Below, piece by piece: positions 57,395 through 64,000 of a DNA stretch of 64,000 nucleotides. Origin of the DNA: the human T2T-CHM13v2.0 reference genome, Homo sapiens; NCBI RefSeq assembly GCF_009914755.1, contig NC_060925.1. The stretch is one strand, 5' to 3'. The first letter of the stretch is position 1. Each line of letters opens with the position of its first letter. A program made the position numbers and the translations under genes. The notes under the pieces were generated by a model that saw only the letters and a program-made list of their open reading frames with translations, made no database searches and was not told the DNA's origin.

Positions 57395-60300
57395 AGCAGC
57401 CCTGTAGAAGAGAGGCCTAACTGTTAAAAGAAAAACAAACAGCAGCAACAACAGCATCAATAAAAGTGTCCCCACAAAAACCCATCCAAAGCTCAGCAAC
57501 CTCAAAGATTAAAGGTAGATAAACTCAGGAAGATGAGAAAGAATCAACCAAAAAAAACCCGCTGAAAACTAAAAACGCCAGTGTACCTCTTCTCCTCCAA
57601 ATGATCACAGCACCTCTCCAGCAAGGCCACAGAACTGGGCTGAGGCTGAGACGGATGAACTGACAGAAGTAGAGGTTTCAGAAGGTGGGTAATAACGAAC
57701 TCAACTGAGCTAAAGGAGCATATTCTAACTCATTACAAAGAAGGTAAGAACCATGATGAAACATTACAGGCATTACAGGAGCTGTTAAACAGAGTAACCA
57801 GTTTAGAGAGGAACATAAATGACCTGATGTAGCTGAAAAATGCCACATGAGAATTTCACAATGCAACCATAGTATCAATAACCGAATAGACCAAGCAGAG
57901 GAAAGGATTCCAGAGATTGAAGACTATCTTGCTGAAATAAGACAGGCAGACAATATTAGAGCAAAAAGAATGAAAAAGAATGAACAAAACCTCCGAGAAC
58001 TATGAGATTATATCAAAAGACTAAACCTATGACTGTTTGTGGTACCTGAAAAAGATGGGGAGAATGGAATCATGTTGGAAAAGAAACTTCAGAATATCAT
58101 CCAGGAGAACTTCTCTAACCTAGCAGGACTGGCCAACATTCAAATTCAGGAAATCCAGAGAATCCCAGTAAGATATTCCATGAGAAGATCAATCCCAAGA
58201 CACATAATCTTCAGATTCTCCAAGGTCAAAATGAAGGAAAAAATGTTAAGAGCAGCCAGAGAGAAAGGCCAGGTCACCTACAAAGGAAGCCCATCAGAAT
58301 AACAGTGGACCTCTTAGCAGAAACCCTGCAAGCCAGAAGTGTTTGATGGCCAATATTCAACATTCTTAAAGAAAATAATTTCCAACCCAGAATCTCATAT
58401 CTGGCCAAACTAAGCTTCATAAGTGAAGGAGAAATAAAATCCTTTTCAGACAAGCAAATGCTGAGGGAATTCATCACCACCAGGCCTGCCTTGCAAGAGC
58501 TACTGAAGGAAGCACTAAAGTCTATAAAATAACCAGCTAGCATCATGATTACAGCATCAAATTCACACATAGCAACATTGGCCTTAAATGTAAATGGGCT
58601 AAATGCTCCAATTAAAAGACATGGAATGTCAAGCTGGACAAAGAGTCAAGATCCATTAGTGTGTTGTATTCAAGAGACCCATCTCACAGGCAGAGACACA
58701 CATAGGCTTAAAATAAAGGTATGGAGGAAAATCTACCAAGCAAATGGAAAGCAGGAACAAGCAGGGGTTGCAATCCTAGTTTCTGACAGACAGACTTTAA
58801 ACCAACAAAGATCAAAAAAGACAAGGGTATTACATAATGGTAAAGGGTTCATTTCAGCAAGAAGAGCTAACTAATCTAGATACATATGCACCCAATACGG
58901 GAGCATCCAGACTCATAAAACAAAATCTTAGAGACCTACAAAAAGGCTTAGATTCCCACATAATAATAGTAGGATACTTTAACATACCACTTTCAATATT
59001 ACACAGATCATCAAGACTGAAAATTAACAAAGATATTCAGTACTTAAACTCAGCTAGGGATCAAGTGGACCTGATAGATGTATGCAGAATCCCCCACCCC
59101 AAAACGACAGAATATGCATTCTTCCCAGTGCCACATGGCACTTACTCTAAAATCGATCACATAATTGGAAGTAAAACATTCCTCAACAAATACAAAAGAA
59201 CTGAAATCATAACAGTCTCTCAGACCACAGCACAATCAAATTAGAACTCAAGACTAAGAAGCTCACTCAAAACCACACAACTATATGGAAACTGAACAAC
59301 CTGCTTCTGAATGACTCCTGGATAAATAATGAAATTAAGTCAGAAATCAAGAAGTTCTTTGAACAAAGAAACAACGCACCAGAATCTCTAGGACATAGCT
59401 AAAGCAGTGTTAAGAGGGAAGTTTATAGCACTAAATGCCCACTTCATAAAGCTAGAAAGACCTCAAGTCAAAAACGTAACATCTCAACTAAAAGAACCAG
59501 AGAACAAAGAGCAAACAAACTCCAGAGGTAGCAGAAAACAAGAAATAGCCAAGATCAGAGTGGAACTAAAGGAGATAGAGACACAAAAAACCCTTCAAAA
59601 AATCAGTGAATCCAGGAGCTGATTTTTTTTTTTTGAAAAATTAATATTAGTAATGAAGAAAAGAGAGAAGAATCAAATAGACACAATAAAAAATGATGAA
59701 GGGGATATCATCACTGACCCCACAGAAACATAAACAACCATCAGAGAATACTATAAACACCTCTATGCAAATAAACTAAGAAATTTAGAAGAAACTGATA
59801 AATTCCTGGATACCTAGACACTTTAAAGACTGAACCAGGAAGAAGTTGAATCCTTGAATAGACCAATAATAAGTTCTGAAATTGAGGGAGTAATAAATAG
59901 CCTACCAACCAAAAAGCCCAGGATCAGACAGATTTACAGCTGAATTCTACAAGGGGAACAAAGAGAGGCTGTTACCATTTTTACTGAAACTATTCTAAAC
60001 AACTGAAAAGGAGGGATTCCCCCCTAACTCATTTTATGAGGCCAACATCACCCTGATACCAAAACCTGGCAGAAATACAATAAAAAAAGAAAACTTCAGA
60101 CCAGTATCCCTGATGAACATCAGTGTGAAAATCCTCAGTAACGTACTGGCAAACCAAATCCAGCAGCACATCAAAAAGCTTATCCAGCATGATCAAGTAG
60201 GCTTCATCCCTGGGATGCAAGGCTGGTTCAACATATGCAAATCAATAAATGTAATCCATCACGTAAACAGAACCAAAGACAAAAACCACATGATTATCTC

Positions 60301-61220
60301 AATAGATGCAGAAAAGGCCTTCGATAAAATTCAACATCCCTTCATGTTAAAAACTCTCAATAACTAGATATGAATGGAACATAACTCAAAATAATAGGAG
60401 CCGTTTATGACAAACCCACAGCCATATCATACTGAATGGGCAAAATCTGGAAGCAGTACCCTTGAAAACCAGCACAAGACAAGGATGCTGTCTGTCACCA
60501 CTCCTATTCAGCTTACTATTGGAAGTTCTGGCCGGGGCAGTCAGGCAAGAGAAGGAAATAAAGAATACTCAGGAAGAGAGGAAATCAAGCTGTCTTGTTT
60601 CCAGATGACACGAGCCTATATCTAGAAAACCTCATTGTCTCAGCTGAAAAGCTTCTTAAGCTGATAAACAACTTCAGCAAAGTCTCAGGATACAAATAAA
60701 TGTGCGGAAATCACAAGCATTCCTATTCACCGACAGTAGACAAGCAGAGAGACAAATCATGAATGAATTCCCGTTCACAGTTTCACAAAAAGAATAAAAT
60801 ACCTAGGAATACAGCTAACAAAAGAAGTGAAGGACCTCTTTAAGGAGAATGACAAACCATTGCTCAAGGAAATCAGAGGACACAAACAAATGCAAAAAAC
60901 ATTCCATACTCATAGGTAGAAAGAATCAGTATTGTGAAAATGGCCGTACTACCCAAAGTAATTTATGGATTCAATGCTATTCCTGTTAAATTGAGCTGGA
61001 AGCCATTATCCTCAGCAAACTAACACAGGAACAGAAAACCAAACACCACATGTTCCCACTTATAAATGGGAGCTGAACAGTGAGAACACGTGGACACAGG
61101 GCGGCAGAGGTGGGGAAAGAGAACATCAGGAAAACTAGCTAATGCATACTAGGCTTAATACCTGGGTGATGGGTTGATAGGTGCAGCAAACCACCATGGC
61201 ACATGTTTACCTGTGTAACA
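57395..61220 (+). mobile_element. L1PA (older primate, ~PA8-PA13) with partial 5'UTR, decayed ORF1 (from ~57533) and ORF2 (from 58545), internal deletion and no tail
   Basis: ORF fragments LNVNGLNAPIKR (endonuclease), [15 protein letters not shown] / [16 protein letters not shown] (RT), ORF1 PRHII.RF; jump at ~60990 to the ORF2 end and 3'UTR. Confidence 0.95.
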
Positions 61221-61653
61221 TATTCCCCTCTCAGGAAAAATAGTTTTAACTAAAAAACAATTCAGAATGTATTCCTGCCTTTTTTTTTTTTTTTAGAATG
61301 AACAAAAGAAAACTCCGAAGTATAGGAATACTGTTTTTTATAAGAATAAAAATTTTTTAAAAAGTATAAGAATACTGTTTTATTTAGCTTCAAGTGCCTC
61401 AAGGAACTATGTGCTTATTGGATTGTATCTCTCATAACATCTACCATGTGACTGGCCCATAGTAGACAGGAAGAATATTTATTAACTAAGTGAATGAACT
61501 TCATAGTTTTAGTTCATAATTCTCACAAAGTAGTTTTCTTGGTGAGCATGAGCTGCTTCAGAATTCCCTCATGTTGCCGTCTTTGTCTTTGGACTTCAGT
61601 AGAAAAATTTTCAGCTATTTTTCATGTCAAACTTTCCATAACTCAATTACTAT

Positions 61654-61983
61654 ACAGTCATATGTTATTAAATGATTGGGATATGTTCTGAAAAAATTTG
61701 TTTTTAGGCTTTCTCATCATTGTGTGACTATTGTAGAGTATACTTACACAGCCTTGAGATGTCATATTCTGCTGCACACCAAGGCTCTGTGGTGTAGCCT
61801 GTTGTTCCTGAGTTAAAAACCTGTATAGCATGTTATTTTAGTCCATTGAAACACAGTGGTAAATATTTGTGTATCTAGACATAGAAAAAGTACAGTAAAA
61901 ATAGCATATGATTATCTTATGGAATCACTGTCATATATGCAGATTGTCATTGACTGAAATGTTGTTATGTGGCACATGACTCT
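61654..61983. mobile_element. Tigger3a/MER7-like MITE
   Basis: ta|cagtcat...gcacatgactc|ta termini; related to 600-894. Confidence 0.72.
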
Positions 61984-62111
61984 ACAAAGTTTCCTGAATT
62001 TGTTTGCATTTCTTATTAACTTGATTCTGCTATGGGTACATCAAACTTAAAGCTTTTATGTAATTAAATATAAGTTTTCAGATAGCCCTGAAAGCTTAGC
62101 ACTTCAAAATG

Positions 62112-62808
62112 CAGATGGTCCCTGAATTCTGATGGTTCCATTTAGGATTATTCAACTTTAAGATGGGGTTACCATTTCTATTGAATGTGGTTGGCTTTCT
62201 CACTATCCTAAAGTCAAAAAATCCTAAGTTGAATGATTTTAATTTGGAGACCGTCTGCTGTGTTGCCAGCATTAAATACATTTTTGGCTTACAATATTTT
62301 CAACTAACAGTGGGTTTATTGGGAGGTAGGTGTAGCCCAAAAAGTATCTGAGACGTGTCTTAATCCATTTAGTTTATTTTGCCAAGGTTAGGGACATGCG
62401 TGGAGGAAATAAACATGGAATCACAGAAACAGTCTATGGCCTGTATCTTTCTCCAAAGATGATTTTGAAGGCTTCAGTATTTATAGGGGAAAAGTGGGCT
62501 GGAGGGGAAATAGGGAGGGTACTGTTATCCACTTGTTGCAAGAGAAAAGGAGCAGGTAGGGGAGTAGTCAATTATGTATTCCTCTCCGTCTCAGTGATGG
62601 GCACTTTACATAAGATAAGGTGAACATAGAGTAGTGACCTGTGGAGATAATTTAATCTTTTTATCTATAGGTATCTGCTTAGGAACAAAAGGAAAGGCAG
62701 CTTCTTGCATGACTCAGCTTTCAGCTTAATTTTTTTCCTTTAGCATAGTGAATTGGGGTTCAGATTGGAGTTTTTGTTTTCTTTCACATCGGTAAGTCAA
62801 GAGCATCC
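62112..62808. mobile_element. MER82-like Tigger MITE interrupted by an LTR
   Basis: cagatggtccctgaattctgatggtt start; tgggtttattggga...[LTR]...ggtaagtcaagagcatc end. Confidence 0.6.
62331..62788 (-). mobile_element. MER4A-type ERV1 solo LTR
   Basis: TG...CA ends; ggcagcttcttgcatgactcagctttcagcttaa MER4 motif; 4-bp TSD TAGG/TCGG. Confidence 0.8.
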
Positions 62809-63299
62809 ATAATTGATTGTATCCAAAGAGGTATCAAAGAGGTCAGGGTCAATAAATAAAAACAGATTTATATATTTATGTGTTTGAGGAGGATTATCAT
62901 TTTAGAGGACCAAATGTTTTAACAGTTTCCAAATGAACAGATTCCAAATCAGTTTAAGCATCATTGAAACATCAAATAAAAAACCTTGATAATGGAGAGA
63001 GGTCTCTCCCAAAAGAGCAGAGCTGCACATCAGTTTTACTTATTTCCTTAGACATATTCCTGTAGCTTTTAATTTAAAATGTCAGGTCTGCTTCGGTGCA
63101 ACTGGTATGTCAATCAGTGTATCCATATTACCTCCCAGCCTGCCCAAACCACCCAAATTAGTGTAGCAAAGTGTTATTGGAAGCTTCAAAGCTTAACTTT
63201 AATCTTGATTCCTGCTAGCCTCCAAAAATTCTTTGCTCTGTATGCAACTGAGTGGTTTTGAATGTTTATATAACAGTGTCCCTCACTTTGCGATACTAT

Positions 63300-63905
63300 T
63301 TGGCACAGTGAATGTATTACCACTGTTAGCCTTCAGGCCATCATCTATCACACCCTACGGTATTTGTTCTTCCAGTTAACCTTATCAGCAATGCAGACTT
63401 TTCTCTCAGTGCCCATCATCTAGATCAGGGCTAGACCCTCCTGACTCTGCCTCCTAGCATTTCAGTTGCTGCTTTTCAGTTTCTGTGACATCAGGAGTCT
63501 GATCTTTACCACTGGTCTCTAGTCCTCTTTCTTAAACTCCTTCAGCGCCTCCACTTGTCTTCTGTGAAAAGACGAACAACCTGCAGGAGAAATCCCTTTA
63601 GGACCTGGCATTGCCTGCCTCTCTGTCCTTTTCCTTAGCTCTTCACCTACTCGTACTCTAGGTATCAACCTTAAAGAACTATCTGTAGTTCTTCAGAAAC
63701 TCCAAGGTAAACATGCTTCTGTGAACTAACGTCTGCAGTTTGCTTTGCATGAATGCCTTTCAAGTTTCCTTTTCCTGGTTACTTATTTATTTCTCCCCAT
63801 TAGCATGAGTCTGTGAGGGCAAGGTCCATTTCTTCCCCCTCCATTTTCGTTCCTAACGCAGACTAGATGGATGCTGAGTGGAAGCTGCTGGGTGAATGAG
63901 TGAGA
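63300..63905. mobile_element. L2 3' fragment
   Basis: tgagggcaaggtcc...ggtgaatgagtga L2 terminus; boundaries approximate. Confidence 0.6.
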
Positions 63906-64000
63906 ACCAACCAGATCCTCCCTATTGCTTTTTATGGTTGATTCCTTAGTCCCATTTCAGATGAACTGGTTTCCTTTCTTCTCCTCCTTTGTTTCTCTCT

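Noticed and set aside
58039-60625. Endonuclease/reverse-transcriptase-like ORFs
   Set aside because: Frameshifted L1 ORF1/ORF2 remnants; the element is deleted and cannot be active

Overview
AT-rich, repeat-dense primate (almost certainly human) genomic DNA lying inside the sorting nexin-7 gene (SNX7, + strand). Six coding exons with canonical AG/GT boundaries (15002-15184, 21192-21302, 21652-21816, 25648-25846, 28836-29035, 31946-32032) splice into one open frame of 945 nt / 315 aa covering the PX domain and most of the BAR domain. I number them exons 2-7 from recall of the gene. The first exon and the C-terminal exons lie outside the window. The rest is intron, filled with Alu (including a near-consensus AluYb8), a complete THE1 MaLR provirus nested in an Alu monomer, solo LTRs (MST, MLT1, THE1, MER4), a near-full-length Tigger1 and other Tigger/hAT elements, a rearranged sense-strand L1PA, and old L1M/L2/MIR fragments. 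Repeat subfamily names come from recall of consensus sequences, not from a search. The most unusual non-repeat signal is in intron 7 at about 34.67-35.23 kb: four RFX X-box palindromes at ~50-bp spacing, with a CCAAT box and an overlapping forkhead site, followed by a frame-preserving 15-nt exon-like unit with good splice sites. This is a candidate unannotated RFX-driven enhancer or internal promoter plus microexon. Other notable items are ~85-bp direct repeats bracketing exon 7, a 38-bp-arm hairpin, closely spaced inverted Alus with frame-preserving circRNA geometry, and two local tandem duplications.
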